Notes: generated by a model from the sequence alone, not told the origin. A stretch of 51,689 nt of DNA from Clostridiaceae bacterium (GCA_041670885.1 JBAXYJ010000001.1:1-51689); one strand, 5' to 3'; counted from the stretch's first letter, positions 10,556 through 20,082 are shown. Numbers and translations are program-made.

Positions 10556-12798
10556 CTATATTGCTTTTTAATTATATCTTTAATTTCTTCTATAGATTTA
10601 ATATTTAAAAGAATTTTCAATGCTTCCTCTACTGTTTCCATTGTATATAAATGAAAATCACCCTTTTCTATATCAGTTATAATTTTCTCGTCTAAGACCA
10701 GATCTTTTTGATTTATCTCCGGTATCAATACTCCCTTACCTTTTGGGGAATCTATAAGGCTGCATACTTTATAAAAGCCTTCAATCTTCTCATTTACTCC
10801 CCCAATTGGCTGCACATATCCAAACTGATTTATAGAACCTGTAACTGCTATATTCTGATTTATTCCAATTTTGCAAAGGCTGGAAATTATAACTGCTATT
10901 TCAGCTACTGAAGCACTGTCACCATCAATTAAGGAATATACCTGCTCAAAATTCAAATGAAAATCAACAGGAATATTTTCATTTGGATCTAATAAAGTGT
11001 TTAAATATCCCTTTAGTATTGATATTGATTTGGTATGAATTTTTCCGCTTAAGCTGCTTTCCTTGTGAATATCATATATCTTGCCTTCACCATTAGACAA
11101 ACTGCAGGTTATTTTAATTGGTCTTCCAATAGTTTTTAATGAAGTCTGAAGTACTGAAAGCCCATTTACCTCACCAATAGATACTCCATTAACATTAAAT
11201 AATATTTTTTTGTCTATATATTCCTGATATAAACTATCTTCATACATTTCGTAGACGCTGTTTGCTTTTATTATATCTTCTCTGCCTATAGACTTCTTAT
11301 TGAAAGATGCATAAGAATCTGCCTTTATTAACATTTCCTTTAATTCATCATATTTGTAATATAATTTTTTTCTATCTTCTATCTTTCTGGATAAATATTT
11401 AAATATCTCTTTTATCCCTTCTTCATCTATAGGCAGAAGTCCATTAGCATTTAATATTTTTAATATTTTATTTTTTAAAACTGTATTATTATATGGATTA
11501 ATATTTATAAATGGATTTACCTGAATTACTATAGGAAATAGTTTTGAAAATTCTTCATCATAAGCTTTAAGAAGTGAAAAGCTATTATAATCGCCAATTA
11601 ATATAAGCTTCTCATCTATTGGTATACTATCTAGCTTTATTGTTTTTAAAGGTAATATTTCATTAGTATCGGAAACCCAATCATAATCAATTCTAGAGCT
11701 TAAAAATGTTTTTTTCAAATAGTAATAAACATTCCTGAAATATAAAATATCATTTATGTTCATTATCAGGCATCCTTCATTGGCTCTGATTATTTCACCT
11801 GGCGTAAACATGGAGATGTCAGCTGTGTAGACAGAATTCTGAGAAACATACTCTATTTTGCCAAACAAATTCTTCAAGGACGGCCTATCCTGATAAATAA
11901 CACAGCAATGCTTTATATTTTCATTATCAATAATAACTTTTGCTCCAAACTGATCAATATACGCTTCAATATTTTTATAGTTTTCATCATATTTTAATGA
12001 AAATTCATTTACTGCTTCTTCTGTTATTTTTGAGGTAATAAGGTTTAAATATTCTTGCCCGTCAGCATCTTCTATTTTATTAAATTCTATTATGGATTTA
12101 AGTTCTTCATTTAAATAATTCTCAAATATAAGCTTTATATCTTTAATATAATTTTCTTCATTTTCATCTATATAATCAATTATTTCTTTAGAAAATTTTT
12201 TTAAATAATCCACGTCTTGAATTAATTTGTTTTTTTCCTCTCTTGTAAGATGATTAAAATTAATTTCTGAAAGCATCTCTCCGTCTTTAACAGGAATAAA
12301 GGTAAAGCCATTTTCTAATGGTTTAACTTGAAAATTCAAATCATCAGAGGCTTTTATAAGTTCTTCTATTTTATTATTTTTTATTTCATTTATTTTTTTT
12401 ATTATATCCTCTTTTTCTTCACATACATTTGAATTGTAAAAATCAAATATTTTTTGTTTCAATATGGTTTTCATACTTTCTATTTCGTCACAAAATGTAC
12501 TTCCCTTTCCTGAAGACAGAAAAATGCATTTTGTTTCATATTTATTTATTAAAGCATAGCATATGTCTTTAGATTTTTTTCTGTACTTATATATTTTTTC
12601 AGTTTTTTCTATAATTTCATCTATATATGCTCCGCCGTAATCATCCACTATAAATATATTAAACCATTTTTCTTTTATATTTAATCCATCCTGGAGCTGC
12701 TGATAAAACCTGATTTCTTCAGCAAAATATTCATCTTTATTAGTATCTTCATAAGAAATATGGAATCTTAAATCATCTGCTTCTAATTCTTTTACCAT
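10537..12798 (-). CDS. Lon-like (LonB/LonC-type, COG1067-like) serine protease with degenerate AAA+ P-loop
   Basis: C-terminal S16 protease motifs DGDSASVAE (nt 10909-10926) and GGVNEKIEGF. The N-terminal ATPase-like region reads WFNIFIVDDYGGAYIDE where relatives carry the Walker A. Probable start is ATG 12798 (GGGGGT RBS); the track start is 12810. Confidence 0.7.
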   Translation of the reverse strand: MVKELEADDLRFHISYEDTNKDEYFAEEIRFYQQLQDGLNIKEKWFNIFIVDDYGGAYIDEIIEKTEKIYKYRKKSKDICYALINKYETKCIFLSSGKGSTFCDEIESMKTILKQKIFDFYNSNVCEEKEDIIKKINEIKNNKIEELIKASDDLNFQVKPLENGFTFIPVKDGEMLSEINFNHLTREEKNKLIQDVDYLKKFSKEIIDYIDENEENYIKDIKLIFENYLNEELKSIIEFNKIEDADGQEYLNLITSKITEEAVNEFSLKYDENYKNIEAYIDQFGAKVIIDNENIKHCCVIYQDRPSLKNLFGKIEYVSQNSVYTADISMFTPGEIIRANEGCLIMNINDILYFRNVYYYLKKTFLSSRIDYDWVSDTNEILPLKTIKLDSIPIDEKLILIGDYNSFSLLKAYDEEFSKLFPIVIQVNPFININPYNNTVLKNKILKILNANGLLPIDEEGIKEIFKYLSRKIEDRKKLYYKYDELKEMLIKADSYASFNKKSIGREDIIKANSVYEMYEDSLYQEYIDKKILFNVNGVSIGEVNGLSVLQTSLKTIGRPIKITCSLSNGEGKIYDIHKESSLSGKIHTKSISILKGYLNTLLDPNENIPVDFHLNFEQVYSLIDGDSASVAEIAVIISSLCKIGINQNIAVTGSINQFGYVQPIGGVNEKIEGFYKVCSLIDSPKGKGVLIPEINQKDLVLDEKIITDIEKGDFHLYTMETVEEALKILLNIKSIEEIKDIIKKQYRKKKSR

Positions 12799-12913
12799 AT
12801 TTACCCCCATTATTAATCTTTATATATTAATATTCTAAAATGGGGATTTTAGACACAAATAAGAAGACAGCTTCCTATAAAAAAATATTGGAAACTGCCT
12901 TTTTGAAAATATT

Positions 12914-13564
12914 CTACTCACATATATGAATTGATGCTGATGCTCCAATTCTTGTAGCTCCGGCTTCCACCATAGCTACTGCATCATCGTAAGTTCTGAC
13001 TCCGCCGGAAGCTTTAACTCCCATTTTTTCTCCTACTGTTTCACGCATAAGTTTTATGTCAGATGCTTTAGCTCCACCTTTAGAGAAACCCGTGGATGTT
13101 TTAACAAAATCAGCTCCAGCCTCTTTAGAGAGCTGACATGCCTTAATCTTTTCCTCGTCTGTCAAAAGGCAGGTTTCTATTATAACCTTAGTCAGCGCTT
13201 TTCCCTTTGATACATCAACTACAGCTTTTATGTCATTTAATACGTAGTCATAATTTTTGTCTTTTAGCTTTCCGATATTTATAACCATGTCTACCTCTTC
13301 TGCTCCATTTTTAATAGCATCAGATGCTTCAAAGGCTTTAACAGAGGTGGTATTAGCACCTAAAGGAAATCCAATAACAGTACATACCTTCACATCACTC
13401 CCCTGTAGCATTTTAGCTGCTAAGCTTACGTTGCCCGGATTTATGCATACTGAAGCAAATCCATACTGCTTAGCTTCATTTATTATTTTTACCACTTCAG
13501 CTTCCTCAGCATCCGGTTTTAATATTGTATGATCTATCATCTTAGTTAATAATTTTTTATCCAT
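12914..13564 (-). CDS. deoC: deoxyribose-phosphate aldolase
   Basis: 216 aa. [14 protein letters not shown] and the FVKTSTGF Schiff-base lysine motif. Confidence 0.9.
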   Translation of the reverse strand: MDKKLLTKMIDHTILKPDAEEAEVVKIINEAKQYGFASVCINPGNVSLAAKMLQGSDVKVCTVIGFPLGANTTSVKAFEASDAIKNGAEEVDMVINIGKLKDKNYDYVLNDIKAVVDVSKGKALTKVIIETCLLTDEEKIKACQLSKEAGADFVKTSTGFSKGGAKASDIKLMRETVGEKMGVKASGGVRTYDDAVAMVEAGATRIGASASIHICE

Positions 13565-13568
13565 AATA

Positions 13569-13988
13569 CTACTCCTTTTTTTCTCCAGCTTTAGCCGCAG
13601 CTGTCTGCGGTTTTGGAGGAAGTATATTTATAAAGCTGCCCTTAACTATCATATTGTTTTCATCTGCAGTTTTTATCATAGAATACTCATTTGACAGGTG
13701 AATTGCGGATTTAGGGCAAAAATCGGAGCAGAAACTGCAAAATGTACAGGATCCCATATTAAACTCCATACATATTTTCCGGCCTTCTCTTGTCGTTTCA
13801 ACTGTTTTTGTAATTGCAGAGGCAGCACATACTTTGATGCATATACCGCAGCCGATACACTTTGTTTCATCAAACTCTATTTTCCCTCTAAAGCCCTCCG
13901 GCAATTCAACCTTCTTAAAGGGGTATTTTTCTGTGACAGGATTTTTAAATATATTTCCCACTGCTTCTTTTATGTAAGGAAATTTCAC
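13569..13988 (-). CDS. hydrogenase 2x[4Fe-4S] ferredoxin-like subunit (NuoI/MbhN-like)
   Basis: 139 aa. Two cluster motifs, [15 protein letters not shown] and [15 protein letters not shown]. Confidence 0.8.
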   Translation of the reverse strand: MKFPYIKEAVGNIFKNPVTEKYPFKKVELPEGFRGKIEFDETKCIGCGICIKVCAASAITKTVETTREGRKICMEFNMGSCTFCSFCSDFCPKSAIHLSNEYSMIKTADENNMIVKGSFINILPPKPQTAAAKAGEKKE

Positions 13989-14428
13989 TATTTAACCCCC
14001 CTTTTTTCTTTTAATATATCCAGTGCTTTAATGAGCCCATCTATCATGGCTTCAGGCTTTGGCGGGCAGCCTCCTATAGATACATCAACCGGTACCCATT
14101 TATCCAAAGGTCCAACAACGCTGTAACTACCCTTAAATACATTGCAGGACATAGGACATGATCCTAAGGACACTATAACCTTGGGATCCGGAACCTGAGA
14201 TATTACTCTCAGCATCCTGTCTTTAGTCTGTGCTGTAACCGGTCCTGTAACAAATACAATGTCAGCGTGCTTTGGAGTACCGGTCAGCTTAACGCCAAAT
14301 CTTTCCACATCAAACCTGGGTCCCAGAAGGGCGATAAGTTCTATATCACAGCCATTACAAGAACCTGCATTAACATGGTATATCCAAGGTGATTTTATTC
14401 TACTTTTTTCAATAATCTTATCCAGCAA
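13988..14428 (-). CDS. [NiFe]-hydrogenase small subunit, NuoB/MbhJ-like
   Basis: 146 aa. Cluster cysteines in GSCNGCDIE, LGSCPMSC and IGGCPPKPEA, the NuoB-family pattern. Confidence 0.85.
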   Translation of the reverse strand: MLDKIIEKSRIKSPWIYHVNAGSCNGCDIELIALLGPRFDVERFGVKLTGTPKHADIVFVTGPVTAQTKDRMLRVISQVPDPKVIVSLGSCPMSCNVFKGSYSVVGPLDKWVPVDVSIGGCPPKPEAMIDGLIKALDILKEKRGVK

Positions 14429-14449
14429 TCATTTCACCATCCTTACAGA

Positions 14450-15421
14450 TTAATATTTAAGATAAACTAGTATCAAACTAATTGCAGAAAGTGCCGTAGG
14501 TACTGTCCAGAAAAACTTAAGGGTCTGTTCTACCTTAAGCCTCCCCAGAATAGACCTGACAAATGAAACAGATATAACTATTGTTATTATAACCCCTATA
14601 ATCATTAGTATGATATTCAGAAAAATATTTGAAAAACCACTGCCTCCAAAGAATAATGCTAGAAATAAACTTCCCATAATGAACATTTTAACAGCTTGAG
14701 TTAATTTGTAAATACCCAGGTAAAGTCCGCTGTATTCAACCAGTGGTCCTTCGCAAATTTCAGTTTCTGCTTCTGCTGCGTCAAAGGGGACTGTTCCAAC
14801 CTCTGCAGGTATAATCAGAAGGAAAGCAATAGCTGCAGGAATTAAAGCCCATTTTGATATAATTATTCCATATAAGCTTTGATACTTTCCAATATCGGCC
14901 AGAGAAAATGTAACATTACCATTTATGGCTGCTCCTGCTTTTTTCCCTATTGATAAAAGTATCATAACCAGAGGCAATTCATAGGAAAGCATTGTAACCA
15001 TCTCTCTGGAGATTCCTATGCTGGCATAGGCAGAACCTGATGAAGATCCTCCAAATACCAGTGACAGTGCAGGTATAGTTATTAAATAAAGGATAACTAT
15101 TATATCAGCTGTGCTCTCTTGGAATGTAAATCCAAATATTGGTATAAAAAGCGATATTATCACAATACTTATTAATCCAAATACTGGAGCCAGCAAAAAT
15201 GCTTTTTTTGAAGCCTTTCTTGGGATAATATGATCCTTTCCTACTAACTTAAAAAAATCGTAAAATGACTGGGTTATAGGAGGTCCTATTCTCCTCTGCA
15301 TTCTTGCTACCATCTTTCTGTCTATTCCGGATAAAAACAGTCCGAAAATAAAACAGAATAAAAATCCAGGGAAGATAAGAACATAAAACATCTGTTGTAA
15401 TAAAGTTTTCAAAACTTCCAT
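14450..15421 (-). CDS. hydrogenase membrane subunit, NuoH/MbhM-like
   Basis: 323 aa, polytopic. MQRRIGPPITQSFYDFFKL NuoH-type motif. Confidence 0.8.
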   Translation of the reverse strand: MEVLKTLLQQMFYVLIFPGFLFCFIFGLFLSGIDRKMVARMQRRIGPPITQSFYDFFKLVGKDHIIPRKASKKAFLLAPVFGLISIVIISLFIPIFGFTFQESTADIIVILYLITIPALSLVFGGSSSGSAYASIGISREMVTMLSYELPLVMILLSIGKKAGAAINGNVTFSLADIGKYQSLYGIIISKWALIPAAIAFLLIIPAEVGTVPFDAAEAETEICEGPLVEYSGLYLGIYKLTQAVKMFIMGSLFLALFFGGSGFSNIFLNIILMIIGVIITIVISVSFVRSILGRLKVEQTLKFFWTVPTALSAISLILVYLKY

Positions 15422-15433
15422 TTAACTGCCTCC

Positions 15434-17362
15434 TTACATTAAGGTGAATAGATATATGGTAACTAAAGCACAGGTTGTAACTACCCATAATACATAGTCA
15501 TTTACTACTCCGCTGTGAGCATTTTTAATAAACTTAAAGTATCTTCCAAAGTCCTGTCTCATGCCCCAGAACATATCATTTTCACCAAGGTGGTTATAAG
15601 ATTCTTTTTCTCCTCCTGTAAATGTCTCATATCTTGTATTAATCAAATCATCCACTACTTTACTATTTGTAGTTTTATACCCAAAGGAGAAGAAAAGTAT
15701 CAGAGCTATTAAAAGTATTACAAATAATATTAACCAGGAAGCTGGATTCCAATATCCAGCCAGTGTATAATTCATGCTTGGTATTGATACTGTTTCCTTA
15801 AACATTTTAACAGCATATCCCTTTCCAAACATAACATCAATATAGCTTCCTATATTATATATTGAAAAAGCAGCAGGTTCTATTAAATACTTTGAAACTA
15901 TATGTGGGAATACTCCAACAAATATACATATAGCAGAAAGAATCATCATGGGTATCCTCATAGTTAATGGTACTTCTTTTACATCCTTGTGTTCTTCTCT
16001 AAGCTGTCCAAAGAATACAGACTGAATTACTTTTACCAGGGATGCTAATGTAAGTACTGATGCAATGAGTGCAATTATTGTAACCGGTGCGTAGCCTGCC
16101 TCAAAGGTAGCCTGATATATAAGCCATTTAGATACAAATCCATTAAATGGAGGTATTCCGCTGATTGACAGCGTTCCTATTATAAAAAATGCTGTTGTAT
16201 ATGGCATTTTCTTTGAAAGTCCTCCTAATTTATTCAAATCCGTAGTTCCGGTTTGATGAAGAACAGCTCCTGCACATAGAAATAACAAGGATTTAAATGC
16301 AGCATGGTTTAACATGTGAAATAATCCTCCCATTGTTCCAACTACTGCTACTCCCTTATTTACTGAAAGGCCAACGCCAAAGCCAGCCATTATGTACCCT
16401 ATCTGTGATACAGAGCTAAATGCAAGAAGCCTTTTAAAATCTGTCTGAACTACTGCCATGGTTATACCAACCAGCATGGTTACAGCCCCCCAGAATATAA
16501 TAAGAAATTCCATCTCAGGTCTTCCTGTACTTTGATATATCATATATAAAATTCTGACAAGCGCATATACTCCTGTTTTACTCATAATACCTGAGAGCAG
16601 CATTGATATTGATGAAGGGGCAGCCATATGAGCATCAACCGGCCAGGTATGGCAGGGTACTAAAAATGCCTTAACAGCATATCCAGTCAGCATAAATGCT
16701 AATGCCAAAATAGATACCGGAGTATAATTCCCATGAAGCAGAGCTGCCATTTGAGCTATATTTAATGTATGAAGCTGAGAGTATAACAGTGCAGTTCCAA
16801 GTAAAATAAAGGATGATCCTAAAGACCCGATTACTATATACTTAAAACCAGCCTCTACTGATTTATATATGTGGTTTCTGAAGGAAGTAAGCGCAATAGC
16901 AGCAAAAGTCATTATTTCAAGCATAACGTACATATTAAATACGTCACCTGTTAAAACAAAGCCTATCATGCTGGCAGATAAAAGCTGAAATAATACATAA
17001 TATTTATCAAGACCATTATCCTCTTCCATATATCTGAAAGAATACACAGCAGATAAAAAACAAGCTGCTGCAATAATAAGTCCGATAAACAGTGAAAATG
17101 CATCAACTTCCAGTCCTATTCCTATAGCCCATTGAGATTCCGGTTTCCAGTTTCCCATCCAGTAAGTTACTATATACTTATTTATTAAAACCGGCTTAAT
17201 TAAAAATATAAGAGAGGTTAAAGAAGTAAATGTAGTTGCTATAGGTATACATTTTTCAATAATTAATAATTTTTTTCTTTCTCCCAGCAAAGCTGTTAAA
17301 AATGCTCCAAGAAAAGGTGTTAATATAGCTATAATAGGTAAGTTACTGAAATAACTTGTCAT
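15434..17362 (-). CDS. antiporter-like membrane subunit (MrpD/NuoL-N/MbhH-like)
   Basis: 642 aa, many TM helices, proton-antiporter-like core (e.g. HMLNHAAFKSLLFLCAGAV). 4-nt overlap with the upstream MrpC-like gene. Confidence 0.85.
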   Translation of the reverse strand: MTSYFSNLPIIAILTPFLGAFLTALLGERKKLLIIEKCIPIATTFTSLTSLIFLIKPVLINKYIVTYWMGNWKPESQWAIGIGLEVDAFSLFIGLIIAAACFLSAVYSFRYMEEDNGLDKYYVLFQLLSASMIGFVLTGDVFNMYVMLEIMTFAAIALTSFRNHIYKSVEAGFKYIVIGSLGSSFILLGTALLYSQLHTLNIAQMAALLHGNYTPVSILALAFMLTGYAVKAFLVPCHTWPVDAHMAAPSSISMLLSGIMSKTGVYALVRILYMIYQSTGRPEMEFLIIFWGAVTMLVGITMAVVQTDFKRLLAFSSVSQIGYIMAGFGVGLSVNKGVAVVGTMGGLFHMLNHAAFKSLLFLCAGAVLHQTGTTDLNKLGGLSKKMPYTTAFFIIGTLSISGIPPFNGFVSKWLIYQATFEAGYAPVTIIALIASVLTLASLVKVIQSVFFGQLREEHKDVKEVPLTMRIPMMILSAICIFVGVFPHIVSKYLIEPAAFSIYNIGSYIDVMFGKGYAVKMFKETVSIPSMNYTLAGYWNPASWLILFVILLIALILFFSFGYKTTNSKVVDDLINTRYETFTGGEKESYNHLGENDMFWGMRQDFGRYFKFIKNAHSGVVNDYVLWVVTTCALVTIYLFTLM

Positions 17363-17703
17363 CCGTTTAACCTCCTTACCTTATCTGCATCAATAGAACC
17401 ATAATGAGCTTTTATTTTTATAACCAGTGATAGTGCTAAAGCTGTAACGCAGGCTCCAATTACTATAGATGTAAGAGTCAGTGCCTGTGGAACAGGATCT
17501 ACGAAAAATGCCCCTGGCTTTAAGTCGCTTATAAAAATAGGAGCAGTTCCTCCCTGTCTAAAACCTATTGATATTAAAAGTAAATTAATACCTGCATCTA
17601 TTAAGGACATACCAATTACGATTTTTATTAGATTTTTCTTTACTATTATAATATAAAGACCAAATATAATAATTAAAAAGGAACCTATATAATTAAATAA
17701 CAT
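17359..17703 (-). CDS. MrpC/NuoK/MbhG-like membrane subunit
   Basis: 114 aa, three hydrophobic helices, GAGGTGA RBS. Its position before the MrpD-like gene matches Mrp/Mbh operons. Confidence 0.75.
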   Translation of the reverse strand: MLFNYIGSFLIIIFGLYIIIVKKNLIKIVIGMSLIDAGINLLLISIGFRQGGTAPIFISDLKPGAFFVDPVPQALTLTSIVIGACVTALALSLVIKIKAHYGSIDADKVRRLNG

Positions 17704-17727
17704 TCTTTCACCTCACGATATATTAGG

Positions 17728-17830
17728 GAAGTAAATTGCATAATTTTAAATTTATTTTTCATCTTAAAAATCGCTGAACATTCGATATTTTAAGCTGAAA
17801 ACCAGCCAAAATGTAATTATGCAATTTCCT
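17728..17830 (-). repeat. TGCATAATT-TIR element, copy A1 (MITE-like)
   Basis: About 103 bp. The ends AAATTGCATAATT and AATTATGCAATTT are inverted repeats. Near-identical to copy A2 7 bp away. Strand is given for the orientation with TGCATAATTAC..TTTGGCTGG at the 5' end. Confidence 0.8.
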
Positions 17831-17837
17831 TTACCTT

Positions 17838-17938
17838 GGGAATTTGCATAATTTAAAATTTATTTTTCATCTTAAAAATCGGTGAACATTCGATATTTTA
17901 AGCTGAAAACCAGCCAAAATGTAATTATGCAATTTCCT
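17838..17938 (-). repeat. TGCATAATT-TIR element, copy A2 (MITE-like)
   Basis: Minus strand: AGGAAATTGCATAATTACATTTTGGCTGGTTTTCAGCTTAAAATATCGAATGTTCACCGATTTTTAAGATGAAAAATAAATTTTAAATTATGCAAATTCCC. It differs from A1 by a few substitutions and a 3-nt indel in one TIR. Confidence 0.8.
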
Positions 17939-17946
17939 TATTAGGA

Positions 17947-18414
17947 TTACTTTTCATCTTCTTCTTCATATTCAGATGTTTGATATAAATTCGATACCAG
18001 CATTATTATTAAAAAGCCCAGCCCAGCCAGTACTTTATATCCAACAGCAAAATTCATCCAGAAAATAGTTCCTGAACTATAAAGTTTACCTGGTGTACTA
18101 TGCCATAAAACATTGGTGCAGAAAGTATATCCATATATTAATCCTAAAGTTCCTAGAAAAACATATCCTAATGCTCCTATGTCTTCAAATGTTTTTGCTT
18201 TTTCTGCATTAAATAACGATAAAACTTCTTTATAACCATATGCAGTAAATACTATTGCTACAGCTCCTGCAATAAGTACTCCACCCTGGAACCCCCCACC
18301 TGGACTTAAGTGACCATGAAGTATAATATATATACCTAGAATAAGAGCTATTGGAAGTGTAATATTAGCACAAGATTTTATTATAGAATTTTTAATTATT
18401 ATGTTCTTCTTCAT
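17947..18414 (-). CDS. MnhB-domain membrane subunit (MrpB/MbhF-like)
   Basis: GHLSPGGGFQGGVLIAG MnhB-core motif. I start it at ATG 18414 (MKKNIIIKN, GGAGGT RBS). The track's longer ORF overlaps the upstream gene. Confidence 0.7.
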   Translation of the reverse strand: MKKNIIIKNSIIKSCANITLPIALILGIYIILHGHLSPGGGFQGGVLIAGAVAIVFTAYGYKEVLSLFNAEKAKTFEDIGALGYVFLGTLGLIYGYTFCTNVLWHSTPGKLYSSGTIFWMNFAVGYKVLAGLGFLIIMLVSNLYQTSEYEEEDEK

Positions 18415-18418
18415 AATA

Positions 18419-18694
18419 TTACCTCCTTCTATATTTTCGAAGTATTGCAGCTGAGCCGGTAATTGCAGTAAAAAGAACGAAAGATTCACCTAGTGTATCA
18501 TATCCTCTAAAATCAAATACAATAGCTGTACATGAATTTATGGCTCCTGTTTTTGCCATAGTATCTTTTACTATTAAGTTAGCTATTCCTTCATAGGTTG
18601 GATGAAGCTGTGTCATTATAGCCATTTTGTATGAAGCATATATTGCTATAACTGCAATTATTGTGAGTGAAAACCAAGTAAAAAATTTTTTCAT
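18419..18694 (-). CDS. small Mrp/Mbh membrane subunit (MbhE-like; MnhB N-terminal-type segment)
   Basis: 91 aa. AIVFDFRGYDTLGESFVLF motif typical of the region that precedes the MnhB core in MrpA/MbhE-type proteins. Confidence 0.6.
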   Translation of the reverse strand: MKKFFTWFSLTIIAVIAIYASYKMAIMTQLHPTYEGIANLIVKDTMAKTGAINSCTAIVFDFRGYDTLGESFVLFTAITGSAAILRKYRRR

Positions 18695-18961
18695 TTAGTT
18701 TTCCCCCTTTTTATCTTTGTCATATTTTTTAACCTTTGTAAGCGCAATAATAAATATGACAGGGGTAAGAATTGCACCTACTGCTCCTTCAGCTATTGCT
18801 ACGTCCGGTGCTCTTAGAAGAAGGAACTCTAAAGCAATAAATGTCCCTACTACTGAAAAGGCAATAATACATGGAAGAATATCATCAATTACAACTACGC
18901 AAAATGCTGCTATAAGTAATCCTGCTATAATAACCGCATTTAAAATAGATATGCTACTCAT
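18695..18961 (-). CDS. DUF4040/MbhD-like membrane subunit
   Basis: LRAPDVAIAEGAVGAILTPVIF motif. Start placed at ATG 18961 (GGGAGG RBS), an 8-nt overlap with the upstream gene. Confidence 0.6.
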   Translation of the reverse strand: MSSISILNAVIIAGLLIAAFCVVVIDDILPCIIAFSVVGTFIALEFLLLRAPDVAIAEGAVGAILTPVIFIIALTKVKKYDKDKKGEN

Positions 18962-19295
18962 CAATATCCCTCCCATAATCATCACATTTATCCTTATTTA
19001 TCATATCAGCCTTGCTCAGGTATGCTGCCTTTGTCATAGCATGGGATGCTGCCGGGTTTGTTAACAAAATAAAAAGTGCAATGACCAGCGATTTTACTCC
19101 TATGATTGTGTTTCCTATATAAAAGCCGTAAATTGCAGCACCAAGAAGAATAGGAAGGCCTCCCATAGTAATTATATTTGTAGATGACTGCAGTCTGCAG
19201 AATGTATCCGGCATTCTAATCATTCCTACTATTCCGGAAAATATAAAGAATATTCCAACAGCAAACAGCAAGTCAATTATTATTCTAGCTATCAT
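18954..19295 (-). CDS. MrpG/MnhG/MbhC-like subunit
   Basis: 113 aa. GIVGMIRMPDTFCRLQSSTNIITMG matches the MnhG/PhaG G..G..R.PD...R.H pattern. Confidence 0.75.
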   Translation of the reverse strand: MIARIIIDLLFAVGIFFIFSGIVGMIRMPDTFCRLQSSTNIITMGGLPILLGAAIYGFYIGNTIIGVKSLVIALFILLTNPAASHAMTKAAYLSKADMINKDKCDDYGRDIDE

Positions 19296-19555
19296 ATATC
19301 TCCCTCCATGTATTTTGAAACTAGTATTGTTCCAATGAAGCCTAAAAGTGAAACTATAAGACCTAAATCTAAAAATAAAGATCTTTCCTCATAGCATCCA
19401 TAAAGCACCATAACAAGTCCAATAATAACATCAATCGAGTCTGCAGCTACTATCCTGTCTATTACATGAGGTCCTTTCGCTACTCTATAAATTAATACAA
19501 TAGAAAGAAGTGATATGATTATTCCAACAACTATAAAATCCATGCTCATATCCAT
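19292..19555 (-). CDS. MrpF/MnhF/MbhB-like subunit
   Basis: 87 aa, three hydrophobic helices. Lies between the MrpE-like and MrpG-like genes with 4-nt and 1-nt overlaps. Confidence 0.6.
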   Translation of the reverse strand: MDMSMDFIVVGIIISLLSIVLIYRVAKGPHVIDRIVAADSIDVIIGLVMVLYGCYEERSLFLDLGLIVSLLGFIGTILVSKYMEGDI

Positions 19556-20067
19556 TAATCAAATATCCTCCTTACATATGGTTCAAATGCCCCTTTTATA
19601 ATATTGGATGCTTCCTCCATATTTCTTGCTTTTACATCAATCCAATGAATATACATATAAGATTTGCCGTCTTCTTCTGTAACTTCCATTGTAATTGTAC
19701 CCGGTGTCAGTGTGATGCAGTTTGAAAGCATGGCCAATCCATAATCTGATTTTAGTTCTGTAGATATTTTTACTATTCCGGGATTAATATTAATATCTTT
19801 TGACAGAGATCTTTTAGCTACATCCCAGTTTGCTTTAACTAATTCTACTATGTAAATAGGAATAAATTTTATAAATGTCAGCATTCTATCAGATTTAAAT
19901 AACCAAAATGGTTCATTTTGAATGAAAAATGCACTGCAAAACACAGCAACTAAAATCGAGACTATTACACCTACTGTCAGCTCCTCTACATCAAAGGAAC
20001 CAGTATAAAAGAGCCAAAAGATGAAGCAGAAAATAAAAGTGGAAATAATCGCTTTTAACCTTTTCAT
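19555..20067 (-). CDS. MrpE/MnhE/MbhA-like subunit
   Basis: 170 aa. Two N-terminal TM helices then a soluble domain (LSNCITLTPGTITMEV), the MnhE pattern. Confidence 0.7.
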   Translation of the reverse strand: MKRLKAIISTFIFCFIFWLFYTGSFDVEELTVGVIVSILVAVFCSAFFIQNEPFWLFKSDRMLTFIKFIPIYIVELVKANWDVAKRSLSKDININPGIVKISTELKSDYGLAMLSNCITLTPGTITMEVTEEDGKSYMYIHWIDVKARNMEEASNIIKGAFEPYVRRIFD

Positions 20068-20082
20068 TTTGTCATTCCTTTC

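Noticed and set aside
13698-14126. 142-aa plus-strand ORF, together with the 65-aa alternative-frame ORF at 13676-13873
   Set aside because: Both lie entirely within the well-supported NuoI-like and NuoB-like genes, antisense or out of frame. Their composition is low-complexity, and they have no RBS.
15249-15488. 79-aa minus-strand ORF spanning the MrpD-like/NuoH-like junction, and the 60-aa ORF at 46800-46982 over the pstS start
   Set aside because: Both are out-of-frame overlaps with real genes. The in-frame genes have proper RBS and start contexts.
17728-17938. Possible CRISPR array (direct repeats in tandem here and at 25657-25859)
   Set aside because: There are only two units per site. 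The units are ~100 bp long, with terminal inverted repeats, and are separated by 7-9 bp rather than by 25-40-bp unique spacers. There are no cas genes in the window.
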